DNA of 64,000 bases from Candidatus Falkowbacteria bacterium (lineage in GTDB: Bacteria; Patescibacteriota; Patescibacteriia; Patescibacteriales; UBA12465), in assembly GCA_903847415.1 (NCBI GenBank), contig CAINDR010000015.1, forward strand, positions 33,872 through 97,871, written 5' to 3'. Positions 36,195 to 44,578 of the stretch are shown in pieces. Positions within the stretch are counted from its first letter, which is position 1; each line of letters opens with the position of its first letter. A program made the position numbers and the translations under genes. The notes beneath the pieces were generated by a model, which ran no database searches, was not told where the DNA came from, and was given only the letters and a program-made list of their open reading frames with translations.

Positions 36195-37103
36195 ATGAAT
36201 ACTATTTTGCGGATTTTAAAATTTAGTGCTCAGGATATTGCTCGCAATGTTTGGTTGTCTGTGGCGACAATTACTATTTTAGTACTTACTTTGTTTTCGA
36301 TTAATATCATGGCGACAGTCCGAGTGATTTCAGATAATGCAATTGAGGTCATTAAGGGCAAGGTTGATTTTAGTGTTTATTTAAAAAGTGAAGCTGGAGA
36401 AGGAGAAATTCTTGCTTTAAAAACAAAGATTGAAGGATTGAATAATGTGAAGTCGGTTGATTATGTTTCCAAACAACAGGCTTTGCAAAAATTTAGGGAT
36501 AAGAATCAAAACAATCAGCAAGTAATTGAGGCTCTTCGGGAGCTTGGGAAAAATCCCTTATCACCAAGTTTAAATATTTTACCAAACGACACCACCCAAG
36601 CAGCGCAATTGGTTGAAAGTTTAAAACGCTTGGATAGTGATATTATTGAGTCTCGCGATTTTTCTGATAATGCGGCGATTGTGAAAAAAGTTGATTATAT
36701 CACCGGAAAAATAAATGAAGCTGGTCTTTTTGTGATTATTGTTTTTTCTTTGACCAGTCTTTTGGTTATTTATAATACAGTAAAAGTAACTATCTATACT
36801 CATCGCCGGGAGATCGAAATTATGCGCTTAGTCGGCGCTTCTAGATCTTTTATCGTTGCTCCTTTTTTGGTTTCCGCTTTGATCTATACTTTAATTGCGA
36901 TTTTGTTGATTACGAGTATTTTTTTCCCATTTCTCACCCTTTTGCAACCCTATCTGGAGGTCTTTTTTACTGGTTATAATATTAATATTGTTTCTTATTT
37001 TATTAACAATTTTTGGTTTATTTTTGGGGTTGAATTCCTGGCTGCCGCCTTTGCCGCTGCTTCGGCTAGCTTACTGGCGGTTCGAAAATACTCTAAAGTT
37101 TGA
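36195..37103 (+). CDS. ftsX: Cell division permease FtsX
   Basis: 4-TM layout, NPL, RREIEIMRLVGAS; follows ftsE. Confidence 0.92.
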   Translation: MNTILRILKFSAQDIARNVWLSVATITILVLTLFSINIMATVRVISDNAIEVIKGKVDFSVYLKSEAGEGEILALKTKIEGLNNVKSVDYVSKQQALQKFRDKNQNNQQVIEALRELGKNPLSPSLNILPNDTTQAAQLVESLKRLDSDIIESRDFSDNAAIVKKVDYITGKINEAGLFVIIVFSLTSLLVIYNTVKVTIYTHRREIEIMRLVGASRSFIVAPFLVSALIYTLIAILLITSIFFPFLTLLQPYLEVFFTGYNINIVSYFINNFWFIFGVEFLAAAFAAASASLLAVRKYSKV

Positions 37104-37164
37104 CTTGTGAGACGCTTTTAGTTAAGATTAAAAGCGTTTTTAGGGGTGGTATAAATTTAATTAT

Positions 37165-37235
37165 TCGGGGATCGTCTAATGGTAGGACAGCGGCCTTTGA
37201 AGCCGTCGATCATGGTTCGAGTCCATGTCCCCGAG
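37165..37235 (+). tRNA. tRNA-Gln(TTG), CCA not encoded
   Basis: TCGGGGATCGTCTAATGGTAGGACAGCGGCCTTTGAAGCCGTCGATCATGGTTCGAGTCCATGTCCCCGAG cloverleaf. Confidence 0.95.
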
Positions 37236-37240
37236 CAGTA

Positions 37241-37269
37241 TTGACAAAAAAGTATATCTATGATATACT
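37241..37269 (+). promoter_or_regulatory. Near-consensus sigma70 promoter
   Basis: TTGACA-17 bp-TATACT with extended TG. Confidence 0.65.
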
Positions 37270-37314
37270 TTTTTGATAGTTAAAATGATTACTGAACTTT
37301 TAAAACATAAAAAA

Positions 37315-37518
37315 ATGACACAGCAAGAAGAAAATCCGAGATCAATCTTAAGTAGATTGATAAAAGAAGAGTTAATTGCTTCCAGGAGTACAGCACATAA
37401 TGCTGAAGAAAGAGAGGCGGCCGCTTCACAGGCAATTGAGGAATTATTAGAAAAGCATCCTGAACTTTTAGATGAGGTGGATGAAATTCAAAAAAATCGT
37501 ATCAAAAGTCTGAGATAA
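37315..37518 (+). CDS. Hypothetical helical protein (start uncertain, 37285 or 37315)
   Basis: ORF downstream of strong promoter and followed by hairpin/T-tract. Confidence 0.55.
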   Translation: MTQQEENPRSILSRLIKEELIASRSTAHNAEEREAAASQAIEELLEKHPELLDEVDEIQKNRIKSLR

Positions 37519-37610
37519 TAGACCAACGTTTTATAAGCCTAGTACCTTAGAGGAAAAGGCTTTTTTATTTGTCAAAATTGATTCGAATCCCATTCCTATT
37601 ATAAATAAAA

Positions 37611-37635
37611 AAAGGCTGATTTTAAATCAGCCTTT
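37611..37635 (-). terminator. Terminator for minus-strand ORF
   Basis: AAAGGCTGATT/AATCAGCCTTT inverted repeat preceded by A-tract. Confidence 0.65.
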
Positions 37636-37651
37636 AAACTTTTTCTTATTT

Positions 37652-38104
37652 TCATTTTACATAAATAAAACTCATTTCTCCGCTTATTACAGTTCTCTTG
37701 TTGGAAAAAACGAAAAGTAGAGAGTTGTTTAAGTTTTTAATTTCTCTAACATTTTTTAGCTCCAAAATCATTTTAAAGCCTTCATCTTTCTTGGTGCGAT
37801 AATGAAAAGTCATAGCTAAATTTCGATAATACAAATCGTAATTGGCCATAGCTTTAATAAATTCATCCTCATCAATTTCAAAAGAAAGAATTTTTTCTTT
37901 TACAAGATGATGGGCTAGTAAATAGGATGTTTGAGATAGACAGCGTACATAATTTTCTGTTGTTACGTAAGGAACTAATTTTTTGGTATAGTTTTTTTGT
38001 GAGGGAATTAAACATTCAACCTCAATAGCCATTTTATCGTCATTAAAAATAAAATTTTTGACAAATATCTCATTGGCCGGGTAAAGAATTTCTAGAATAT
38101 TCAT
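37652..38104 (-). CDS. Hypothetical protein (possible hotdog-fold/FcoT-like)
   Basis: 150-aa ORF with own promoter-like sequence and terminator; fold guess is weak. Confidence 0.55.
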   Translation of the reverse strand: MNILEILYPANEIFVKNFIFNDDKMAIEVECLIPSQKNYTKKLVPYVTTENYVRCLSQTSYLLAHHLVKEKILSFEIDEDEFIKAMANYDLYYRNLAMTFHYRTKKDEGFKMILELKNVREIKNLNNSLLFVFSNKRTVISGEMSFIYVK

Positions 38105-38287
38105 GATTTAAATTTTTAATGTTCATTATTATTAATTTGTAATATTACGATATTTTTTACAAATCGTCAATATATATTTTTTCTTTATCCTTAGTCACGC
38201 TATTTTTAAATCATCCACGAATCGGAGTAAGTAGATAAAACATGATTTTTATGTTATTTTATGATTGTAATATATAATCCAATAAAT

Positions 38288-38617
38288 ATGAAAGAGGGCG
38301 ATTCTAATTTTTTTGAAATAAAACATGAACACATACCAACCCCGGAAGAAGTCTATTCGATATTTAAGGAATTAACGAATAAAGAGTGCAAAGAAATTCG
38401 CAAAATAGAAGACGAAAAAGGGATTTACTTATTAGAAGTTATAATTCCCGGAGACTTAGAGAACGAGGTTGCTGAATATGCATATATGAGGAAAGGGCGC
38501 TATAAAGAAGGCGAGAGCGCAACGACTGAAATCCATGTAACTTATTATGACGGCGATATGCCAGTCAGCGGAACTTCGGCCGCTAGATGCATTGATGGAA
38601 ATTGGGTAATTCTTTAA
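38288..38617 (+). CDS. Hypothetical protein
   Basis: ATG 38288, acidic 109-aa ORF. Confidence 0.65.
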   Translation: MKEGDSNFFEIKHEHIPTPEEVYSIFKELTNKECKEIRKIEDEKGIYLLEVIIPGDLENEVAEYAYMRKGRYKEGESATTEIHVTYYDGDMPVSGTSAARCIDGNWVIL

Positions 38618-38702
38618 TTTTTTGTAAAAAAATCGAGAATAATTCCCTTTAATTAAAAAGATATAAGAAAAGGATTTAATTGCGAAAATAAATTATAAAT
38701 AA

Positions 38703-38732
38703 AAAGACCAGAAATATTAACTTCTGGTCTTT
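38703..38732. terminator. Bidirectional terminator between convergent ORFs
   Basis: AAAGACCAGAA/TTCTGGTCTTT inverted repeat. Confidence 0.7.
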
Positions 38733-38741
38733 GGTTTTAAT

Positions 38742-39206
38742 TTAGTTGAAAAAAGCCAAGTATTCTTTGTATTCTTTTTCCGCCTTTGCTCGCAACCCTT
38801 CATCTCTTTTGTTGATAGAAGGCATTAAATCTTGGTAGTACATCGTTAACTCTTGATCCTCAGTCAGGCGATGAATTCTGTAAGTATTAGTGATTTTCTT
38901 ATCCTCTCTCACCATTTCACTAATAATTATGTGTGATGGAACGCCGTTTTTTTGGAGTTTTTTTAAGGTTTTTAAAATTGCACAATAGACACTGCTTTGA
39001 TTTGGTTTGTGATCTACATAAATTACGCCTAGTTCAATGGACCAAATTTTATAAAATTTACTATTGTTCATCAAGAGAGTATCAAAATTAATTTCTTGTT
39101 TAGAGAAAATAACTTCTGAGACATAAGTTGTTCCTTTTGAATCATATGGCTTTGTTTTAAAAATCTTTGTCAAAGCCATAACCCCAATTTTGTTAATGCT
39201 ATTCAT
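38742..39206 (-). CDS. Hypothetical protein
   Basis: 154-aa ORF with upstream TTGACA-17-TAAAGT promoter on minus strand. Confidence 0.6.
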   Translation of the reverse strand: MNSINKIGVMALTKIFKTKPYDSKGTTYVSEVIFSKQEINFDTLLMNNSKFYKIWSIELGVIYVDHKPNQSSVYCAILKTLKKLQKNGVPSHIIISEMVREDKKITNTYRIHRLTEDQELTMYYQDLMPSINKRDEGLRAKAEKEYKEYLAFFN

Positions 39207-39447
39207 TTGTTAAATGATTTTATCGCTACGGGCGAGACCGAAATTATTTTTTTCCATTTGGCATTCAGGGAGTTTTTTTATTCACCCGATATCTACTAAT
39301 TAAGGGAGTAGAGCAACCTGGGAACAACTTTATCACGAAAAAAGATTTTTGTCAACGAATATTGGGGTATAGTCAAACTTTTATTGTAACCCCTATTTTT
39401 TTGAATAGAACTATTTTCTAGGTTTTTTTAATCTTTTTCTTCTTCAT

Positions 39448-39497
39448 TTGACTTAATTATCTTGAAGATCTATAGTTAACGCATCAATGTTGCAACT
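39448..39497 (+). promoter_or_regulatory. Promoter and putative Zur/Fur-type box of zinc-uptake operon
   Basis: TTGACT-17-TATAGT; imperfect palindrome AACGCATCAATGTTGCAACT overlapping the start region. Confidence 0.5.
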
Positions 39498-39920
39498 ATG
39501 GATAAAAATACTTCTTATATCAAAATTAGAGAGCAGGGAGGAAGAATCACCAAGATTCGGAGTGAAATTGTTAATATTATATCTAACAAGGATTGTTTGA
39601 TTTCTTCTACTGGTCTTTTGTCGGGTTTGAGCAAGTTAAACATTCACCCTAATCGCTCTACTATTTATCGTGAGTTACAATTTTTAACAAAAAATAATGT
39701 TATTTTAAAAAAGACTATTTCGGGTGTTGATTACTATGAAATTCCTCACGACCATCACCACCATCACCATCTTGTTTGTATGAATTGCAATTCAATTATT
39801 AAAGTGGAAATGAATAATCATTTAGAAGAGCAGGAAAAGCAAATTGCCAAACAAAATAAATTTAATATTATTAATCATTCGCTGGAATTTTATGGCTATT
39901 GCCAGAAATGCCAGGCATAA
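39498..39920 (+). CDS. zur: Fur-family regulator, probably Zur
   Basis: RSTIYREL, HHHHHHLVCMNC, FYGYCQKC; heads znuACB. Confidence 0.85.
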   Translation: MDKNTSYIKIREQGGRITKIRSEIVNIISNKDCLISSTGLLSGLSKLNIHPNRSTIYRELQFLTKNNVILKKTISGVDYYEIPHDHHHHHHLVCMNCNSIIKVEMNNHLEEQEKQIAKQNKFNIINHSLEFYGYCQKCQA

Positions 39921-39933
39921 TTTGAAAGTAGCT

Positions 39934-40911
39934 ATGATGAAAAAAATTCTATTCTTTGTAATAATTGTTGTAATTATCGCTTCAGGATTTTTTGCGGTAT
40001 CAAAGATTTCACAAAAACCAAAAAATAATTCCAAGAAATTGACTGTCGTCACTACCCTTTTTCCATTATACGATTTTGTACAAAATATCGGTCAAGATAG
40101 GGTGGAAGTTTCGCTTCTCCTTCCGCCCGGAGTTGAAGCTCACACTTTTGAGCCAAAGCCAAGTGATCTTGTGAAAATAAATGAATCAGAGCTGTTTGTG
40201 TATACCGGTAAATTTATGGAGCCTTGGGCTGAGGATATTATTAAAGGTATTGAAAATAAAAATGTTAAGGTTGTTGATTCTAGTCTTGGTATTGAAATGA
40301 TCAATGAAACAGAGAGCGCCCATGAAGGGGAACAAGGGGATGAGCACGTAGAAGAAGAACATGGACACGAACACAATGGAGTTGATCCTCATATTTGGCT
40401 CGATTTTGATAACGATAAAATAATAGTTGATAGTATAGCAAAGGCACTCTCAGAACAAGATCCTGCTAATGCTGATTTTTATCAAAACAATGCTAGTGAA
40501 TACAAAAATAAATTAGTACAATTAGATAATCAGTATAAATCCGGACTAACAAAATGCGAAAGCAAGGAGATTGTTTATGGTGGACACTATGCTTTTGGTT
40601 ATCTGGGTAAAAGATATAGCTTGGTTTATGAGTCCGCTTATGGTATTTCTCCGGATTCAGAGCCATCAGCGCAGGATTTTGCCAAAATTATCGAACAAAT
40701 CAAAAAAGAAAAAATCAAATATATATTTTTTGAAGAATTAGTCAGCCCAAAAGTTGCCGAAACCCTTTCCAGTGAAACTGGTGCCGGGCTCCTACTCCTT
40801 AATCCAGCTCACAATCTCAAGAAAGAAGATTTTGAAAATAAGATTTCATTTCTTGCTGTTATGGAAAAGAATTTAATTAATCTCAAAACCGGTCTTAGTT
40901 GTAGTGAATAA
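39934..40911 (+). CDS. znuA: Zinc ABC transporter substrate-binding protein
   Basis: EAHTFEP, His/Glu-rich loop, DPHIWLD, HYAFGY. Confidence 0.92.
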   Translation: MMKKILFFVIIVVIIASGFFAVSKISQKPKNNSKKLTVVTTLFPLYDFVQNIGQDRVEVSLLLPPGVEAHTFEPKPSDLVKINESELFVYTGKFMEPWAEDIIKGIENKNVKVVDSSLGIEMINETESAHEGEQGDEHVEEEHGHEHNGVDPHIWLDFDNDKIIVDSIAKALSEQDPANADFYQNNASEYKNKLVQLDNQYKSGLTKCESKEIVYGGHYAFGYLGKRYSLVYESAYGISPDSEPSAQDFAKIIEQIKKEKIKYIFFEELVSPKVAETLSSETGAGLLLLNPAHNLKKEDFENKISFLAVMEKNLINLKTGLSCSE

Positions 40912-40913
40912 TT

Positions 40914-41666
40914 ATGAATCCAATTATTGAAGCAAAAAATTTATCTGTAAATTACGGTCAAACAGAAGCTTTAAAAAATGTCTCCTTGATGGTTGAGCAA
41001 GGTGATTTTATTGGTTTAGCTGGACCAAATGGGGCAGGAAAAACTACCTTAGTTAAAGCTATTCTTGGATTATTGCCAGTGTTAAGTGGAAAAATAGAAC
41101 TTTTTGGTATAGAAAAAGAAAAATTTAATGATTGGGGTAAAATTGGTTATTTGCCACAAAAACTTTCTACCATCAATGCTCTTTTTCCAGCAACAGTTGA
41201 TGAAGTTGTTACTTTGGGATTATTATCACAAAAAAAAATTCCCAGAAGAATTGGATTTAGTGATCGCAAAAGAGCAAATGAAATCTTGCAAGAATTGGGA
41301 ATTGATAACCTCAAGAAAAAAATGCTTTCGGAGCTTTCGGGAGGGCAACAGCAAAAAGTTCTTTTAGCGCGAGCTTTGGTTTCAAATCCTCAGGTTTTAA
41401 TTTTTGATGAACCTTCAACCGCCCTTGACCCCGAATCTAGAGAATTTTTCTTTCAGTTAATACAAAGATTAAATAAGCAGAAAGGTATTACCGTTATTCT
41501 GATCACTCATGATACTAGTTATATTGGGCAATATGCCAATAAACTTTTGTATGTTGATAAGAGTCTTGTTTATTTCGGTAAATTTTCTGATTTTTGTCGA
41601 GATCAGAAAATGAATTCTTATTTTGGCGAATACGAACAACATATAATTTGTCATCAACATAACTAA
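40914..41666 (+). CDS. znuC: Zinc ABC transporter ATPase
   Basis: GPNGAGKTT, LSGGQQQ, DEP, THD, C-terminal CHQH. Confidence 0.92.
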   Translation: MNPIIEAKNLSVNYGQTEALKNVSLMVEQGDFIGLAGPNGAGKTTLVKAILGLLPVLSGKIELFGIEKEKFNDWGKIGYLPQKLSTINALFPATVDEVVTLGLLSQKKIPRRIGFSDRKRANEILQELGIDNLKKKMLSELSGGQQQKVLLARALVSNPQVLIFDEPSTALDPESREFFFQLIQRLNKQKGITVILITHDTSYIGQYANKLLYVDKSLVYFGKFSDFCRDQKMNSYFGEYEQHIICHQHN

Positions 41667-41668
41667 CT

Positions 41669-42475
41669 ATGGAGATACTAAACTTTTTACATTATTCATT
41701 TATTCAGAGGGCATTTTTTGCTGGTTCGTTTGTGGCGATTATCTGCTCAGCACTTGGCTTGTTTTTAGTTTTACGAAAAATGTCTTTAATCGGCGATGGG
41801 CTTTCTCATGTTAGCTTTGGAGCAATTGCGCTTGGTTTGTTTTTTGGTATCTATCCTTTTTATATCGCAATCCCCTTGGTGATGCTGTCTTCAATTCTTA
41901 TTTTGAAAATCAGTGAAAAAGCGAAAATTTATGGCGATGCGGCCATCGGTATTGTTTCGGCGGTTGGTATTTCTGGGGGAGTTATTTTAGCTAGCGTGTC
42001 CAAAGGTTTTAACGTTGATTTGTTTAGTTATCTTTTTGGTAATATTTTGGCTATCAGCACCACCGAAGTTATTTTGTCCGTCATTCTTTCTTTTGTAGTT
42101 TTGGCGGTGATCTATTTTTTTTATTGGGATTTATTTTCGGCAACTTTTGACGAAGAATATGCCAAGACCACTGGCATAAAAACAAATTTTATCAATATTC
42201 TTCTAACTTTACTGACTGCAATTACGGTAGTTTTATCAGTTAAAATGGTTGGTATCATGCTGGTTTCGGCACTCCTTATTTTACCAGCAGTAACAGCCTT
42301 GCAATTAGTAAAAGGATTTAAAAGAGCGATTATCATCAGTAGTATCGTTTCTTTATTCTCGGTAATTTTAGGGATTTCGGTCTCCTTTTTTGCTGATTTA
42401 CCAGCTGGAGCAACAATTGTGATGATTAACGCTTTGTTTTTTGGAGTAGCAATTCTTTATAAAAAAAGTGTTTAG
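41669..42475 (+). CDS. znuB: Zinc ABC transporter permease
   Basis: SLIGDGLSHVSFG, SYLFGNIL, FDEEYA. Confidence 0.92.
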   Translation: MEILNFLHYSFIQRAFFAGSFVAIICSALGLFLVLRKMSLIGDGLSHVSFGAIALGLFFGIYPFYIAIPLVMLSSILILKISEKAKIYGDAAIGIVSAVGISGGVILASVSKGFNVDLFSYLFGNILAISTTEVILSVILSFVVLAVIYFFYWDLFSATFDEEYAKTTGIKTNFINILLTLLTAITVVLSVKMVGIMLVSALLILPAVTALQLVKGFKRAIIISSIVSLFSVILGISVSFFADLPAGATIVMINALFFGVAILYKKSV

Positions 42476-42517
42476 ATATAATTGAAATAAATTTGTTATT
42501 TGAAAAGTATTATTATA

Positions 42518-43084
42518 ATGACTTCAGATATTGACAATCATTCAACGGTCTTAAGCGATGAGGAGTTAATGCAGCAATCGTTGTCCAACCCTCAAGCTTT
42601 TGCTACGCTAATCGCTCGTTACAAAGGGTTATTTTTTCGTTATCTAAAAAGTTTTTCTGGTTTGCGAGATGATGAGATTGAAGATGTCGTCCAAATATCT
42701 TTTATAAAAATATATCGCAATCTCAAAGCTTTTAGAACTGATTTGAAGTTCTCCTCCTGGGCTTATCGGATTATCCACAATGAAGCGGTGGATGAGATTA
42801 AAAGGCGACGGCGACAAGGAAGTGAAAATGAGCTAGATTTAGATTTGCCAGACAAGATATCTTTGGTTGATCAATTAGATGAGAAGTTGGAGAGAAAAAA
42901 AGTTTTGGCAGTTTTAAAAAAAATGAGTCCTGATTATCGAGAAATATTAACACTTTATTTTTTTGAAGGGCAATCATATCAAGAAATTTCAGATATCCTT
43001 AGGCGGCCATTGGGAACGGTTTGCACTCAGATTAATCGGGCTAAAAAACAGTTTAAAGAATTATACCAAAAATATGTTAGATGA
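42518..43084 (+). CDS. ECF RNA polymerase sigma factor (copy 1)
   Basis: EDVVQISFIKIY, FSSWAYRIIHN, SYQEISDIL..PLGTV. Confidence 0.9.
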   Translation: MTSDIDNHSTVLSDEELMQQSLSNPQAFATLIARYKGLFFRYLKSFSGLRDDEIEDVVQISFIKIYRNLKAFRTDLKFSSWAYRIIHNEAVDEIKRRRRQGSENELDLDLPDKISLVDQLDEKLERKKVLAVLKKMSPDYREILTLYFFEGQSYQEISDILRRPLGTVCTQINRAKKQFKELYQKYVR

Positions 43085-43841
43085 TTTAGAAAAAAAAATT
43101 ATCAATGAAATCAGTAATGGTAATTTAAAATCAACTAGTCGTTTCTTTTTGACGCTAAAATCTCTTGGTCGTTCTTTTTTGTTGGCTGTATTTTTGTTTC
43201 TTTCCGGATTATTTCTTTCTGTGCTCTATTTAATCATTAGACACGGAGATTGGGATCTTTATCGTTTTTTTGGTTATTCGCCATTATCTTTTTTTGTAGT
43301 TGCTTTTCCTTATTTTTGGTTAGTGGGCGGCTTGTTTTTTCTGATTTGGTCTTTAATTATAACCAGAAAAACTAATCAGGCTTATCGGTATCCTCTGGTT
43401 TATAATGGAATTTTAGGGATGCTTATTATTCTAATAATTTCAATGATTTTTGTATGGTCTGGGGTGGGGATAAAAACTGAATCTTTTTTATCTTCCAATT
43501 ATTTTTATCGTCAGGCTAACTACTTGAGATCATTATGGGACAATCCAGACAGAGGTTTGTTGGCTGGAACGCTTGAGCGCCTAGCAAATGACCAGTTATC
43601 ATTACGCGATTTTTCTGGAAAATTATGGACCCTCAATCTAAGAGAAGAAAAGATTATAAATCAATCATTATTGAATCCTGGTAATCGGGTGAAAATAATC
43701 GGATTTATAGAAGATGATTATTTCGTTGTTAAAGAGGTTCGTCATTGGGAATGCGGCTGTCCTCATTGTGCAATGATTAATAGCGAATGCTCTAGTTGTT
43801 CTTCCGGTTTTTGTTCAGATTCTTCTTGTCGGGTGAAATAA
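43074..43841 (+). CDS. Putative multi-TM anti-sigma factor with Cys-rich C-terminus
   Basis: Overlaps sigma stop; 3 TM segments; OB-like C-domain; tail CGCPHC..CSSCSSGFC..C. Confidence 0.7.
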   Translation: MLDDLEKKIINEISNGNLKSTSRFFLTLKSLGRSFLLAVFLFLSGLFLSVLYLIIRHGDWDLYRFFGYSPLSFFVVAFPYFWLVGGLFFLIWSLIITRKTNQAYRYPLVYNGILGMLIILIISMIFVWSGVGIKTESFLSSNYFYRQANYLRSLWDNPDRGLLAGTLERLANDQLSLRDFSGKLWTLNLREEKIINQSLLNPGNRVKIIGFIEDDYFVVKEVRHWECGCPHCAMINSECSSCSSGFCSDSSCRVK

Positions 43842-43903
43842 AATAGCGCTTGGTAAAGTAGTATTTATAGAAAGCGCTTTTATTAATAATAATTTTAATC
43901 ATT

Positions 43904-44173
43904 ATGACAAAAAAAACTATTTCAGCTTTTGCTGTTGCAACATTGTTTTTGGGTGGTTTAGCCTTTTTTATTGGATCAAATGCTCTAAAAACTGAAGCAA
44001 AAGAAGCTGTGTTGACTGATGTAGGCTCTAAACCAGCCGCCTGTAAAGCTTTAATAAAAGATGGTTCTTGTGGCTGCACTGCAAATGGTGGAACTTGTAA
44101 TTGTGGAAAAACTGGATCAAATTGTGCTGCTAACGTTAATCAAAAAGCTACTTGTGGCTGCGGGGCAAAGTAA
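43904..44173 (+). CDS. Small exported/anchored Cys-rich protein
   Basis: Signal/anchor peptide then 8 Cys in CGC, CNC, CGC clusters. Confidence 0.7.
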   Translation: MTKKTISAFAVATLFLGGLAFFIGSNALKTEAKEAVLTDVGSKPAACKALIKDGSCGCTANGGTCNCGKTGSNCAANVNQKATCGCGAK

Positions 44174-44198
44174 TTAAGTTTTCAACAATTTTTGAAGC

Positions 44199-44225
44199 AA
44201 AGCCAGTTTAATCACTGGCTTTTTT
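44199..44225 (+). terminator. Rho-independent terminator
   Basis: AAAGCCAGT-ttaatc-ACTGGCTTT plus T-tract. Confidence 0.8.
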
Positions 44226-44387
44226 GTTTGCCAAGGCAGTTTTATAAGAAAATCCTCCAATAAACTACATAGATTGTATTTTGTTTTTTTCTGATTTTTT
44301 AAATAATATCTTTTTACAATAGACCTATTTTTTAAAGTCCTATCCTTATTTCTTTATCTTTTCTGAAAAATAAGCTATAATAATGAA

Positions 44388-44572
44388 ACAATTATCCTCA
44401 AAACCCTTTTTTAGGGATATTAACAGCTATCGTCAATCAAGTCTTTTTTTACCGTTAATATCGGTGACTTGTTCTTTGATAATAGTTTAACGAAGCGCGG
44501 CCTCACGGTTTTGCTCCTCGATGGATTAAAATAATATTTCAGAGATTTCTCTTAAATATCTTGAGGATAATT
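44388..44572 (+). ncRNA. Putative RT-associated structured ncRNA
   Basis: TATAAT at 44376-81; perfect 12-bp terminal inverted repeat AATTATCCTCAA (44390-401)/TTGAGGATAATT (44561-72) enclosing four predicted hairpins; ends 6 nt before RT ATG. Confidence 0.65.
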
Positions 44573-44578
44573 AAAAAT

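Noticed and set aside
37578-37597. tRNA 3' fragment (att-like) GATTCGAATCCC after tRNA-Gln
   Set aside because: Only a T-loop-like 12-mer that does not match the tRNA-Gln 3' end (GGTTCGAGTCC); likely chance
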